Source of the DNA: Savitreella phatthalungensis
Lineage: Eukaryota
Direction: 5' to 3'
NCBI GenBank assembly: GCA_051599415.1
Contig: AP039697.1
Span: 248,001 to 312,000 of the forward strand
Length of the DNA stretch: 64,000 bases
Position 1 is the first letter of the stretch; every line of letters begins with the position of its first letter. The position numbers were made by a program, and so were the translations under genes. This document shows, piece after piece, positions 21,515 to 32,247 of this stretch. The notes under the pieces are model-generated. The model had not been told where the DNA came from. It made no database searches and saw nothing but the letters and a program-made list of their open reading frames with translations.

Positions 21515-23245
21515 CTACAGCTTCGCCATTTGATCTTCGTCGCCAAAGAATACGACGGTGACCGAGATGTCGTCGCGATGACTGCGCGAGATTGGATACT
21601 GTAGTGACAATAATCCCGAGAGCTTGTTGTGGTCAGCCCCGCCAAGCGCATTCCGTATGAGGTGCGTGGACACATTGTCGTCGACACAGGTGAATTGCTT
21701 TCCCTTCTTCCCGCTTGCTGGAGTCGGGCTGTCATCGTCCTCATCTGGCGTTTTTTGCGCCGCAGAGTCTTCCGGGTGGATGGACTCGGCCCCCTTCTCG
21801 TGTAAGATCTTTGTCGTCGCGCCGCCAACGCCGAAGGACTCGCGCAAGAACGCTGGAACCCAACTCGACTTAGCTGATCCCCTCAACGCTTGCTCGTCGC
21901 CCGCGGGACAACAGCGATCGAGATGCTTTTCGCGCCAGTCAGTCACGAGCGTGCAGATCTCATCATTTGTCAACAACTCCCACAAGCCGTCGGTAGCCAT
22001 GACAACGAAGCCCTGAGAAGCTGCAGAACCATCGGGAATACGCTGTGAGAGGATGATCGGCTCGGCAGTCACATAGGGCGGAGAGCGGACACCCTTTGGT
22101 ATAGCCTGCGCATATGCGAGCTTTCGTGCTTTTTGCTGCTCTTCCACTGTCCACTTGAAGCGGGCATCACCAAAGGCGCGTGTTGGCTCCAGCCTGCCAA
22201 GAACGCGGCCGTTGGCCACGACATGAGGCTCATCCGGATGCTCTCGACGTAGTCTCGCAGCCTCTGATGGTGTGCGGCCTGTCTGATCAAGCGATAGCTG
22301 CTTTATAGCCCAGCTGGTGCCATCAGGTGTGCGATGACACCAGATAGCGCGAGCATCACCAGTGCCGGCTACGTGAAGCATGCGCGAAGCTGGATCGTAG
22401 AAAGACAGCAATGCGCAAGACCCGTGCATTGCCGGCAGAAGCGCCTGGTATGCGGCAGCGGTAGGCATGGACTTGTCCTCGAGCACATTCCGAAGGCTGT
22501 CCTTGACGAGGTGGTCATCGAGCTGCGTAAACGCCCTACTGATGGCGTATGGAGCCGTCTGGATGTCATGCTCTAGCGGACCAGCGTCACGGAGTGCCCG
22601 GCTCACCCAGGGTATGAGGTCGCGCTTGAGTCTGTCGGAGGTCGCCCAGCCGGCGTGGCCGTCAAATACACCAAAGAACGACCAGATTGCTCTGGAGTGG
22701 AACGGATCAGGCACAAGAGCCTCGCGATGGTCGTCTTCGATTGGTGAATTGCTGGCCACCTGATTGAAATGGTAGGCAACAATGCCACTCCCCCTTTTGC
22801 CTCGTGAGCTCAGCTCATTGGTCCGCAAGATTTGATTTGCCTCGTCAGGTGAATCGACCGTCAGACGCGAATTGCGGGGATGAATCGAGGTGTCAGTCTT
22901 CCGAAGCGATTGATCACGCTCAAGCAATGGCACAGGCAAATTTTTGGTGGAATCAGCGCGTAGGATCCGGCGCTCGGCTGATAGCAGATAGTATAATGTG
23001 ACTGCTGCAGCTGAAGCAGCTGTCGTATAGAAGAATCGAGCTCTCTGTCGCTGAGATCGTGATTTGGGCGCAGCTTGCACCTGATACGATACTTTGCGCC
23101 TCGTTGATGTAGCATAGGTGCGTGAAGTCGTTGCAGACGTCTCTACAATTGTGTTTGTAGCAGCCCTATCGGTGGCGACATGCTTAAGAAGCAGTGCGAA
23201 CTGTGAATATCGTCGCGCGAGAGACCGCGCGAGCGCTTTGTCCAT
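21515..23245 (-). CDS. PTC5: PP2C-family pyruvate dehydrogenase phosphatase Ptc5
   Basis: SNSPIED, VFDGHAG, GDARA, LEPTRAFGD, ATDGLW and RDDISV motifs; basic presequence followed by a hydrophobic segment; C-terminal AKL. First ATG at 23245. Confidence 0.9.
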   Translation of the reverse strand: MDKALARSLARRYSQFALLLKHVATDRAATNTIVETSATTSRTYATSTRRKVSYQVQAAPKSRSQRQRARFFYTTAASAAAVTLYYLLSAERRILRADSTKNLPVPLLERDQSLRKTDTSIHPRNSRLTVDSPDEANQILRTNELSSRGKRGSGIVAYHFNQVASNSPIEDDHREALVPDPFHSRAIWSFFGVFDGHAGWATSDRLKRDLIPWVSRALRDAGPLEHDIQTAPYAISRAFTQLDDHLVKDSLRNVLEDKSMPTAAAYQALLPAMHGSCALLSFYDPASRMLHVAGTGDARAIWCHRTPDGTSWAIKQLSLDQTGRTPSEAARLRREHPDEPHVVANGRVLGRLEPTRAFGDARFKWTVEEQQKARKLAYAQAIPKGVRSPPYVTAEPIILSQRIPDGSAASQGFVVMATDGLWELLTNDEICTLVTDWREKHLDRCCPAGDEQALRGSAKSSWVPAFLRESFGVGGATTKILHEKGAESIHPEDSAAQKTPDEDDDSPTPASGKKGKQFTCVDDNVSTHLIRNALGGADHNKLSGLLSLQYPISRSHRDDISVTVVFFGDEDQMAKL

Positions 23246-24287
23246 GTCAATTGACTGTATCAAATGACGCAATGAGGCGTCTGATCACTCGACAGGGGTT
23301 CCACCTCTTGCGTCAAATCTTGCCCGGTGCTGCGGCAATACAGCAGTACACGAACTCCCACGTCCACACTGCTGTGATCCGCAGTATTGACCGGTCAATC
23401 GCGTCTTGTGAGACAGAGCGTGATCTTGCTACTCAGTGCCGCAGGACTTGTTCGTTGCTTAAGCGACCTGAACAATAGATACATGCAATTGGTAAATCAG
23501 TTCATGTGATCAGTATAGATGTACGAACGTACAATCGGTAGATTTCGTTTGGATATCTTGTCGTTTGAGCATCGATCTTGTAAGTATAATTCATTTGATG
23601 TGACTTTTACAACAAATATTGTCTTGTGTAAATATGTAGAGCTATATATATAGCAAGCTACATCATTTTCAATGAAACAATAGATTTCAGCTTTTTCAAT
23701 ATATATGTATTGCATAGATTCTAAGTTGGCTTCTGTATCTATTTGAGCGCTACGTACTTTTAGTGCATGCACCGCATGCATCATGATGTGCAAATGCACT
23801 CGATGGATCATGATCAGGTCTTATTTTTCATCTGAGGAAATATATGCGCTTGAACTTGACTCCACTATTGATATCAATATCAGCCAAAGTTGCGGATCGA
23901 ATTCTTTGACCAATCGCATTCATCTCCAGTTTCAACCTTGAAACGACGTCCACAGATGGAGTAGTGTGCGCGCGCAACTACGGTATACTGTAGCTTGCCA
24001 GATACAGAGAGCGAGCAGGAGCACGGGCACGAGCACGAGCTCGAGATTTGCGGAGACACAGCGCACGACATCTACTTTGGAGGCAGGGTTTGAGACTGTT
24101 GATTGTGGAATCAAACATCGCAGTGTCACAGCCTCAAGTTCGTCGCAAGTCGAAAGTTGAGCTTGCGCCTGCATAGACTCGTGCGAGGACATCCAGCGAC
24201 AAAGGTCGTACGGTCAGCATCCCCCTCAAGCCTGCGACGACCAACTAGGCACACCGATCATGCACAGCTAGAGGCTTGACCGCGGTC

Positions 24288-27098
24288 ATGGATCATAAGC
24301 CGCGCGCTAATGCGCCGCTTTCGCCGCAAACGCACCATGTCAGTGTCCTTGCCGAGCACCGCCCAAATCATGACAACGATTCACGCGCCCGACCCCAGCA
24401 GCACTCGCACTCGCCGCGAGACCTAGGAATCAAGATACCCTTGACATCTTCGAAGCGGTCTGGCGTCATTTCTCCACCAACACCTTACACGGGCTCCTCC
24501 AATTACACTGATACAGAATGGCGTGAAGTACAAGGATGGGGATCCGTGAAGGAAACGACTGAGATACACAAGATGACGGACGAGCGAGGGCGGAAATGCA
24601 TCAATCGATACGAGATAATCAGGGAGATTGGCAGAGGGGTCCATGGCAAGGTCAAGCTTGCGCGGACCATGGATAACAACGAGCTCGTTGCGCTCAAGGT
24701 GCTTCCAAAGACGACGAAGCAGCGGCTTGGTAGACCTCAGAACAGTGCTGCACATGAAGCCACTATTCGCAGGGAAATTGCTATTCTCAAGAAGTGCGTT
24801 CATCCGCATGTCGTTAGGCTCCGCGAGGTCATCGATGACCCGACCAGCGATAAAATCTATCTCGTGCTTGAATACATGTGGGGAGGTGAGGTCGTCTGGC
24901 GCACAGAGAGCCATAAGCCTGCTCTGAAGCTGCATCAAGCCCGCAGCACATTCCGCGACACTGTTCTTGGCTTGGAATTCCTGCATTATCAAGGCATCAT
25001 TCACCGCGACATCAAGCCGGCTAATCTGCTGTGGACGAAAAATCATTCTGTGAAGATATCAGATTTTGGTGTGTCACACGTTTCCGACGTGCTGCAGGAC
25101 GACGGTCGCAATGCATTTGACCTTGCCAAGACTGCGGGTACTCCCGCATTCTTCGCGCCCGAATTGTGCTGGACCGGTGAAGGCGAGCGTCCACCCATCA
25201 CCAAAGCGATAGATATATGGGCACTCGGTGTCACTTTATTCTGTTTACTGACAGGTCGGGTACCGTTCGAGGCTGCAAACGAATTTGAGTTGTTTGAAAG
25301 AATCGCTCATGAGCAGGTTGCCATTCCACTGGACGATTTGATTGATGCTGAAGCCGCCGACCTACTGCGCAAAATGCTTGTCAAAGATCCGCTTAAGCGT
25401 CTGACGATCGCGCAGGTGAAGAAGCATGCGTTCGTTTTGAAAGGTGTCAAGGATCCACAGGGCTGGCTATGCGACACCGATCCTAGTCTGTTCGGCGTGC
25501 TTGAAGTCACTGAGCACGAAGTCTCTCAGGCGGTGTCCACCTTTGACGCTGTAAAGCGCAGACTAGGGAAGCTTGGCAGCCGCATAGCCTCGGGCTTGAA
25601 ACGACGTACAGGTCTCGACGGCTCGAAGACACCCTCGACTAAAGCACCGTCCCAAATTCCGTCCGCGACTGATGTGAAATCGATTGGCTCGATGTCGTCA
25701 TCATGGATGACCGGTTTCATGAAAACACAGGACAGTGGAAGATCGTCCAGATCTGCAGAGGACTCACCAGCGAGCTCATTTTCTGCCATGCCCATGAGCA
25801 TGAACCGACACAGTTCACTACATAGAGCATGTCGCCAAGCAGAATCCGGTGCAGATGAGCGACTGGTTGAAAGTTTGACGGCAGCAATCAACAGTCTCAG
25901 CGGAGCCTCACCAACAGGCTCGCCGAATGACAGTCTGAATAAACCACTGCCCAGTGCACCTTTTTCACCAATAAGTACCCGAACTGCATCGACTGGCGAC
26001 AAATCAGCCGGCAACACGACGACAGCACCATCGCCGACCACCGATCGACACACGCTCTGGCAGTATCATGAGGCGCGTCGAAGCGGCGATGCCTTGAATG
26101 CAAGGTATAGATCGCAGCTCAATTCGAGCGCCGCAATGACACCAATTTTGACCATCGCTGGCAATCAGACCATGCCATCCAAGTCTTTGACACGCTCACG
26201 AGGCTTCGATAGCGGACTGACACCGGAAGCCATGCAACCACAAGTCCGGAGTTCCGCGGCCGGCGAGCCCCATTTAGCAGACTCTGGTCACAATACAGAT
26301 AATGAGGATGTCGCGATTGGCTCAATTGACGGTGTGCTGTCAGGCGAGGCGCACCGTCGGCGATCGACTGACAGCTTGGACTCCTCAGACTCTGATTTAC
26401 AACTCGAGAAGACACAAACCACTGGACAAAGAGTGATTGGTATTGCCACCCGATCGCCTATCCCGCACCCGTTCTCGTCAATCAAGAAGGGCTTTGTGCG
26501 CAGGATTGATGATGACCACTTCACGCAGAAGCCAGAACCATACAGATTCGGTCAAGGTCATGATCGCATGGACAATATTCAACGCGACAGTGATTCTTCC
26601 GATGAAGGACTTACGGTCTCCATCGGATCTGGTAGACGACGATGCTCGCTTGCCACCGTCGCATCTGGCAGGGACCGGGCTAATTCGGCCGCGACAACGG
26701 CCGGCGGAGGCGGCGTCGCTGGCTCATCCATCATGAGCACTGGCACGCAAGCGAGCAACACGCCCGCGACCCCATTGAGCCGTAATCCAAGCAAGCCAAG
26801 CTCGCTTTTGGAGGGCGGAATAGCAGGCAACGGGGGGACGTCGTCCTCTTTTGCGAATACAAGTACAGCTTCCTCGCCACCGCTCGTTTGCTCTGCATCG
26901 CAAGGCTCATCGTATGGAGATTTCGCTCCAACGCATAGTGCACTCATTTCCGGCGCTCTCCAGACACTGCAGGAAGGCAAAGTGGCAGATCATTTGATTC
27001 AATCAGAAGGTGCTGAGGAAGATCAGGACGACGATGATGAGCCGCTCTGTATTGACCTTGGAAGGCGTAGATCGCTTGCGAGCACAGGAAGGACATGA
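24288..27098 (+). CDS. CaMKK-like / SNF1-activating Ser/Thr kinase (Ssp1/Sak1 family)
   Basis: INRYEIIREIGRGVHGKVKLA, HRDIKPAN, DFG, AKTAGTPAFFAPE; long disordered C-terminus. First ATG at 24288. Confidence 0.9.
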   Translation: MDHKPRANAPLSPQTHHVSVLAEHRPNHDNDSRARPQQHSHSPRDLGIKIPLTSSKRSGVISPPTPYTGSSNYTDTEWREVQGWGSVKETTEIHKMTDERGRKCINRYEIIREIGRGVHGKVKLARTMDNNELVALKVLPKTTKQRLGRPQNSAAHEATIRREIAILKKCVHPHVVRLREVIDDPTSDKIYLVLEYMWGGEVVWRTESHKPALKLHQARSTFRDTVLGLEFLHYQGIIHRDIKPANLLWTKNHSVKISDFGVSHVSDVLQDDGRNAFDLAKTAGTPAFFAPELCWTGEGERPPITKAIDIWALGVTLFCLLTGRVPFEAANEFELFERIAHEQVAIPLDDLIDAEAADLLRKMLVKDPLKRLTIAQVKKHAFVLKGVKDPQGWLCDTDPSLFGVLEVTEHEVSQAVSTFDAVKRRLGKLGSRIASGLKRRTGLDGSKTPSTKAPSQIPSATDVKSIGSMSSSWMTGFMKTQDSGRSSRSAEDSPASSFSAMPMSMNRHSSLHRACRQAESGADERLVESLTAAINSLSGASPTGSPNDSLNKPLPSAPFSPISTRTASTGDKSAGNTTTAPSPTTDRHTLWQYHEARRSGDALNARYRSQLNSSAAMTPILTIAGNQTMPSKSLTRSRGFDSGLTPEAMQPQVRSSAAGEPHLADSGHNTDNEDVAIGSIDGVLSGEAHRRRSTDSLDSSDSDLQLEKTQTTGQRVIGIATRSPIPHPFSSIKKGFVRRIDDDHFTQKPEPYRFGQGHDRMDNIQRDSDSSDEGLTVSIGSGRRRCSLATVASGRDRANSAATTAGGGGVAGSSIMSTGTQASNTPATPLSRNPSKPSSLLEGGIAGNGGTSSSFANTSTASSPPLVCSASQGSSYGDFAPTHSALISGALQTLQEGKVADHLIQSEGAEEDQDDDDEPLCIDLGRRRSLASTGRT

Positions 27099-27310
27099 CA
27101 CGCCTGATAGCTTCAACAGTATTCGAGCTGAAGAGGCATGAAAGAAGAAGAAGATGACGATACAGACTCGTTTAGACATCAATTTCATGAGCTATGACAG
27201 TACATTCCCCTAGCTTCGGCACGTGCGCCTCGCCGGACGAAATAAGTTATCAGATCATCGACGTCATAAGAATGCCTTGAACACGATCACCAGTGACACA
27301 CATCGGGACA

Positions 27311-28036
27311 ATGCTGTCTCCAGTCAGACTTTCATGGGCATGTATGAGGCGCGCTGTTTCGCAGAAGAATGTGCTAGCCGCTCGACAGCTACATGCGACA
27401 CCTGCAATCTCCGCAGAAGCGCTCAAGCGTTCGGAGGTCACTGCGAAGACTGATCCAAGCGTTGCCAAGCAGTACGACACCGAAACACCAGTGAGCACAC
27501 AGATCGACGAGTTCTACAGCTTCGCAGATGCTAACAGGCTCTGTATGCTCGCAACACAGCGAGGCCTTCCGAATGGTAGCAATACGGTGACTCGTGCGAT
27601 GGCGGTCTCAAAGCGCGAGGGCCCTGACTTTTACTTCTTATGCAACCGCCACTCGCAGAAGGTCGAGGACATTACCAAGACTAGCTCGCGAGTCAACGTG
27701 ACTTTCGTCGATGGATCCCAGTGGGCGAGCATCAGTGGTGTGGCAGAATGTACGCCCGGACATCAGAAGATCGCGGAGATTTATTCGCCCATCGTATCTG
27801 CGTGGTTCGGTGACCTCGGCGATGGCGTGCACTCCGGTGGCGCCGATGATCCTCGTATGTGCCTAGTCAAGGTGATACCGGACCACATCGCATATTACGT
27901 CAACACAAAGGGCAAGGTTGCGCGCATGGCAGACATGGCAACTGCAGTGGCGACCGGCAAGGTGGCACAGACTGGTGTTCTACGCGAGATCAAGGGATCC
28001 GCTCTCGAGGGTGCGCGCTCAGGACGCGGCTACTGA
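27311..28036 (+). CDS. Bli-3-like FMN-binding split-barrel protein (pyridoxamine 5'-phosphate oxidase-like)
   Basis: CMLAT, TRAMAV, WASISG and AWFGDLGDGVHSGGADDPR motifs; possible mitochondrial presequence. Confidence 0.85.
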   Translation: MLSPVRLSWACMRRAVSQKNVLAARQLHATPAISAEALKRSEVTAKTDPSVAKQYDTETPVSTQIDEFYSFADANRLCMLATQRGLPNGSNTVTRAMAVSKREGPDFYFLCNRHSQKVEDITKTSSRVNVTFVDGSQWASISGVAECTPGHQKIAEIYSPIVSAWFGDLGDGVHSGGADDPRMCLVKVIPDHIAYYVNTKGKVARMADMATAVATGKVAQTGVLREIKGSALEGARSGRGY

Positions 28037-28073
28037 GCTTTCTTATCAAAGTCAAATATGCGAATCTGATATC

Positions 28074-29216
28074 CTACATCTTCTTCAGTTCATCTGTAGA
28101 CTTCGACTCAAGCTCAGCCATCTCGCGCTCGACGCGCTCCTTGACTTTATTGCGTGGCTGATGATCATCCTGTTCTGTATTCCCGGTTGTATCTGGTAGA
28201 GCATGGCCCGCGTTGATCGTTTTGAAGATTCCCATGGCCGAGGCGATGAGTTGACCCATGTCACCTGATGACGAAGGAACCACAATGGAAGTGCCCTTTT
28301 TGGCCAACTGTCCGTACGCATCGACGTAACGCTCAGCAACTCGCAGAGCGACAGCATCTCTACCATAGCTGCCATTATCACGGATGCTACTGGCGATAGC
28401 TTCAATTCCTTGCGCTGTGGCCCGTGCATTGAGCAGGATCGACTCTGCGTTGCCCGCTGCCATATTCACCTGACGCGCCTTGTCAGCCTCAGACGCTAAG
28501 ATCGTCGATTGCTTCTGGCCCTCCGCAATGTTAATGGCACTTTGACGCTGTCCCTCACTCTCCAGGATTTCGGCGCGCTTGCTGCGCTCAGCAGATACTT
28601 GCCGATGCATAGCCAACAGGACATTCTTAGGCGGATGGATATCGCGAATTTCGTACCGCAGACACTCAACACCCCATGCAGCGCTGGCGTCATTGATTGC
28701 CGTCGTTATATTGTGGTTGAGATTCGCACGTTCACGCAGCACTGCGTCGAGCGACAGCTGTCCAATCTCCGAGCGCATCGTCGTCTGCGCAAGTTGTGAA
28801 ACCGCATACTCTGCATCTTCGACTCCGTAGGATGCCTTGTATGCGTCGACGACCCGGAAGTACAGCACTCCGTCAATGTCCAGCGTTACGTTGTCGAGTG
28901 TAATTGCAGACTGAGATGGAATCTCCATCGCAACTTCCTTCAACGACTTGACGTACGGGATTTTGTCGATGACAGGAATCAAAAATGCAAGACCAGCATC
29001 CAAGGTCCGGGAGTATCTCCCAAATCGCTCGACAATGTAAGCGCTCTGCTGTGGTACAAAGACAATGCCGGTGTTGGCCCGAGAAGTGCTGCGCCCGCCA
29101 GCGAAAAGAGGAGAGAGTGTGCGCTCGCGCTCCTCATTCCCATAATGACGAACCTGGTGAGCAGATCTGAATGCTTGCAGATGCCGAGCGCTCAGCGTTC
29201 TAGTCCGTAAGATCAT
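28074..29216 (-). CDS. Stomatin-like protein 2 (SPFH/Band 7, mitochondrial)
   Basis: FVPQQSAYIVERFG, QLAQTTMRSEIG and AERSKRAEILESEG motifs; presequence-like N-terminus. Confidence 0.93.
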   Translation of the reverse strand: MILRTRTLSARHLQAFRSAHQVRHYGNEERERTLSPLFAGGRSTSRANTGIVFVPQQSAYIVERFGRYSRTLDAGLAFLIPVIDKIPYVKSLKEVAMEIPSQSAITLDNVTLDIDGVLYFRVVDAYKASYGVEDAEYAVSQLAQTTMRSEIGQLSLDAVLRERANLNHNITTAINDASAAWGVECLRYEIRDIHPPKNVLLAMHRQVSAERSKRAEILESEGQRQSAINIAEGQKQSTILASEADKARQVNMAAGNAESILLNARATAQGIEAIASSIRDNGSYGRDAVALRVAERYVDAYGQLAKKGTSIVVPSSSGDMGQLIASAMGIFKTINAGHALPDTTGNTEQDDHQPRNKVKERVEREMAELESKSTDELKKM

Positions 29217-29566
29217 GCTCGCGATCCTGGTATTGGTTGATCCCTGGATGCTTACGTCTTCGAGCTATTTGTGCATTTGCAGCCATTTACTGGAAAGACT
29301 ATGATTTCACATGCAATGGACGAAAAAGCCAGGTCCGGCTGACCGAGTGCTGTCAACAGTAGGCCCGATGCACGCCATGCAGCGTGAACATACGATCTCC
29401 TCTCTTCGATCATTCGGTAAGTACGAGTGTCACCGACTGGTAGCGTTTCTTCGTTTGTGCAAAGGATTTAATGAGTGCAGCCGGCTGGCGACCTCGCCCG
29501 GGACATGCTACGGAAGAGATTCTAGAAGTCAATAGGGTACTGCTAGAACAAAATCATCTGCATATC

Positions 29567-30629
29567 CTAATCCATCAATTCCTGCTTGACTCTTTGTGCG
29601 TTCCGGGTCCGTCTAGCGTTAGGAGGGATGTCGGCTATGAGCTCGAGATCATGTTCGTCCGCTATCGCCGCTTGCTCTTCCGGAGATAGTCGAGCGCTGT
29701 CATCTTCTGGTCTACCGATGTCATGACCAGGACCACGCTCGTGAGACCGCGTTTCTCGAATTGCCGGTAATTGAGCTGAGGAACGTACACTTGTCTCCCT
29801 GACGTGTCGGATATTCTCAGTGAGTGGTTCCGACTGCTGTCGATTCCGCGAACTTGATCGTGTTCGCTTGCTGGCGCGCGAATGTGAAGTGGGCGCCTCG
29901 GCACTCCCATAATTTGCAGCCAACCCTCTTGCCTCCGGATTTGATTCGTTGTCTTCTTTCTTGTCAGCTGGTTCTTCCTTTTTACCTTCGCTCTTCGTCG
30001 CGACAATGCCGTCGTCTTCACCGTGTGACATCACCCGCGTGCGTTTGATGAGTCTGGTGGTCCCTGCTGGGACAGTCGAGTTGGGAAGAACGACCGAAGC
30101 TGTTGCAGAATCGGCAACACTCGTCGACGTTCTGCCATTTGTTGAGTTCGTGTCATGTTGTGTTGGTTGTGTACCGTGAACGTGAACATTGTCCGCGCCT
30201 AACACATCCCGAAGAATGTCCTCTGCTTCATGGACAAATCTTTGGTTGTGTTCGCTCGAGGCAATAGTTGGCTCGAGTCTGTTTTGAGCACCATCAACGC
30301 AGCTCATACCAGCCGCTGGCTCGTCATTTGCGTGTTGACGGGGCAGGGAATGAGCCTGCGAATTGTCCCGTTGAGTCACATTGATGACATAGTTATTGCC
30401 ATGGACCTGTGAAGTCAGCCATCAGCATGATCGGCAGTCCAGGGCTTCTTGAGCTTACTTCGTATATCACAGTGGTTGCAGCAGGATGACGATAGCGCTC
30501 AGCTGCTCTATCTGATGAAGTTACCGTAGATGACTGTTGGTCTTGCTGTCTAGCGGGCCGATTTTGGTGCGAATTGTTGTTGTGCTCTTCAGTCGCTTGC
30601 GCACCCAAGCACGGCTTGTCGTGTGCCAT
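29567..30629 (-). CDS. Hypothetical disordered protein, ~336 aa, 2 exons
   Basis: Canonical intron 30407-30458 (GTAAGC..CTGAC.TTCACAG) joins track ORFs 30393-30659 and 29567-30379 in frame (YE|VHGN). ATG at 30629. No known motif. Confidence 0.6.
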
Positions 30630-31011
30630 GAGACACGGATTATCGTAATTACAGCTCACAGTCGTCGACTCTAGCTGATGCTTCCTGTCGTCCGGTGTCC
30701 GAGCTTAAGATGTCTTTCTTACTGGCAATAGCTCGTGTCCTCGCCACCCTTAATCCACAACTGCTTCTCGACTAGCTTCTGCCTTCACCATATGGAAGGG
30801 CCGGGAAGACGAGGTAGTCGCGCTTGAAAATTCCTTTACGCGTTTTGATTGGTCAGCTTGACATTGCCAATTGTTGACCTCTTTTATCAATTGTTGCTCT
30901 GAGCACCAGTGTATGAGACAGCCTCGACACGCGCTGGGTCAAGAGACTCGAGACACACGCAAGAGAGGTCGTCATGTCAGGTCGATGAGGCTGTGACCCT
31001 GGAATCTGGAG

Positions 31012-32247
31012 ATGCCAAGACTTGTGCGCGCAGACAGCAGGTCTGTGCTTGGAGTATTTGCGGATTGGGCGCTCGCACAGTACGAAATCTGGAGCACATT
31101 GGATTTCGATGAGCTATCGCAGAGATGGTACACCACGGGCGCCTTCGTACTCAATGGTAGCTATTGGCTTGCGAGCTATCAGCTTCAGTTTGCTCAAGAG
31201 AGATACAATGGCAATATTTTCTCGCGTCCTGGACCGGACGAAGCACCTTTGACATCGATAGCTGTCATCCGCTTGCTCTGGAGCTTCACAGCCGTCTTGG
31301 CCATCGTCAGCACGGCTAACCTCATTTACTGCTTCAATTGTACGAAAGTTTACCGGTCGAACGATGTCGCCGGTAGACGAAACACAGGTTGGCTAGCACA
31401 AGGTATGTCGATGGCAGGCCGCTTTACGACATACCTCTTGGCAAAGACAGCTGCGAAGGAAGAAAACGACGAGCACAACCGAACGACTGCTTTGGAAATC
31501 TGGAATCCATCACTGACATCTCTTCGTTTGCTGGCAATCTTCAGTCCTGTACACGCATATCTCGGGTGGCATTTCGCACGGCAACCTCCAGTCCTGCTCG
31601 GATTATTCTTTCTCACGTCTTTGTTGCTCCTGATCGTGGACAAGTACGACACGCTGGTGCGGGATAAGCAGCTCGTATATACGCAGGTGTTCCGTGACTA
31701 CGACCGAAACTTTGTCGGTCCGCGCCTCTCAGTCGTCAAGCGCGATGTAGGGGTTGGCACGCGAGCAGACGATAACGGCGTGTATGTCGAAGTCCATACG
31801 CCGAAGACCGGTATCATATCAAACTCGCAGGCAGTCGGAAACAAGCTGCCGAGAAGCACAAGTCTGGTGCGCATGTACGATTGGCAAGACCAGAATAAAG
31901 GAACCTCGACGCCATCGCAGCTACAGCTACATTCGCAGTCGCAGCATCTGCAGCAGAACTCGAGCCAACTACCACCGCTTTTACACAAAGGTGCCAATCC
32001 TGCGAAGCGATCACAAAGCATGGCTTCTCTCAATACTGGCGGTATGAGGAGGACTGTTGCATCACCGTTCAAGCAAGCTGACGGTAGCCCAGCAAAGATT
32101 TTTCGCGCAGCTGGCTGGGGAAGCAGCACTAGCACGACTCATGTTGCAAACAGCTCATCCTCTGCAGCAGCGCAATTTCTACGGAAAGCTCGGGATCCTG
32201 AGGAAAGCACTCCACTACGCAGGAGCCGAACCTTTCACGAGCTATAG
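31012..32247 (+). CDS. Nuclear rim protein Nur1/Mug154 family
   Basis: MPRLVR start, transmembrane segments, and LEIWNP..LRLLAIFSPVH and VFRDYDRNFVGPRL motifs. Confidence 0.82.
   Translation: MPRLVRADSRSVLGVFADWALAQYEIWSTLDFDELSQRWYTTGAFVLNGSYWLASYQLQFAQERYNGNIFSRPGPDEAPLTSIAVIRLLWSFTAVLAIVSTANLIYCFNCTKVYRSNDVAGRRNTGWLAQGMSMAGRFTTYLLAKTAAKEENDEHNRTTALEIWNPSLTSLRLLAIFSPVHAYLGWHFARQPPVLLGLFFLTSLLLLIVDKYDTLVRDKQLVYTQVFRDYDRNFVGPRLSVVKRDVGVGTRADDNGVYVEVHTPKTGIISNSQAVGNKLPRSTSLVRMYDWQDQNKGTSTPSQLQLHSQSQHLQQNSSQLPPLLHKGANPAKRSQSMASLNTGGMRRTVASPFKQADGSPAKIFRAAGWGSSTSTTHVANSSSSAAAQFLRKARDPEESTPLRRSRTFHEL

Noticed and set aside
11252..27098. Apparent cell-cycle cluster (cdc2, ORC5, igo1, Ssp1-like kinase)
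   Set aside because: The genes are interspersed with unrelated ones, and such proximity is expected by chance in a compact genome.
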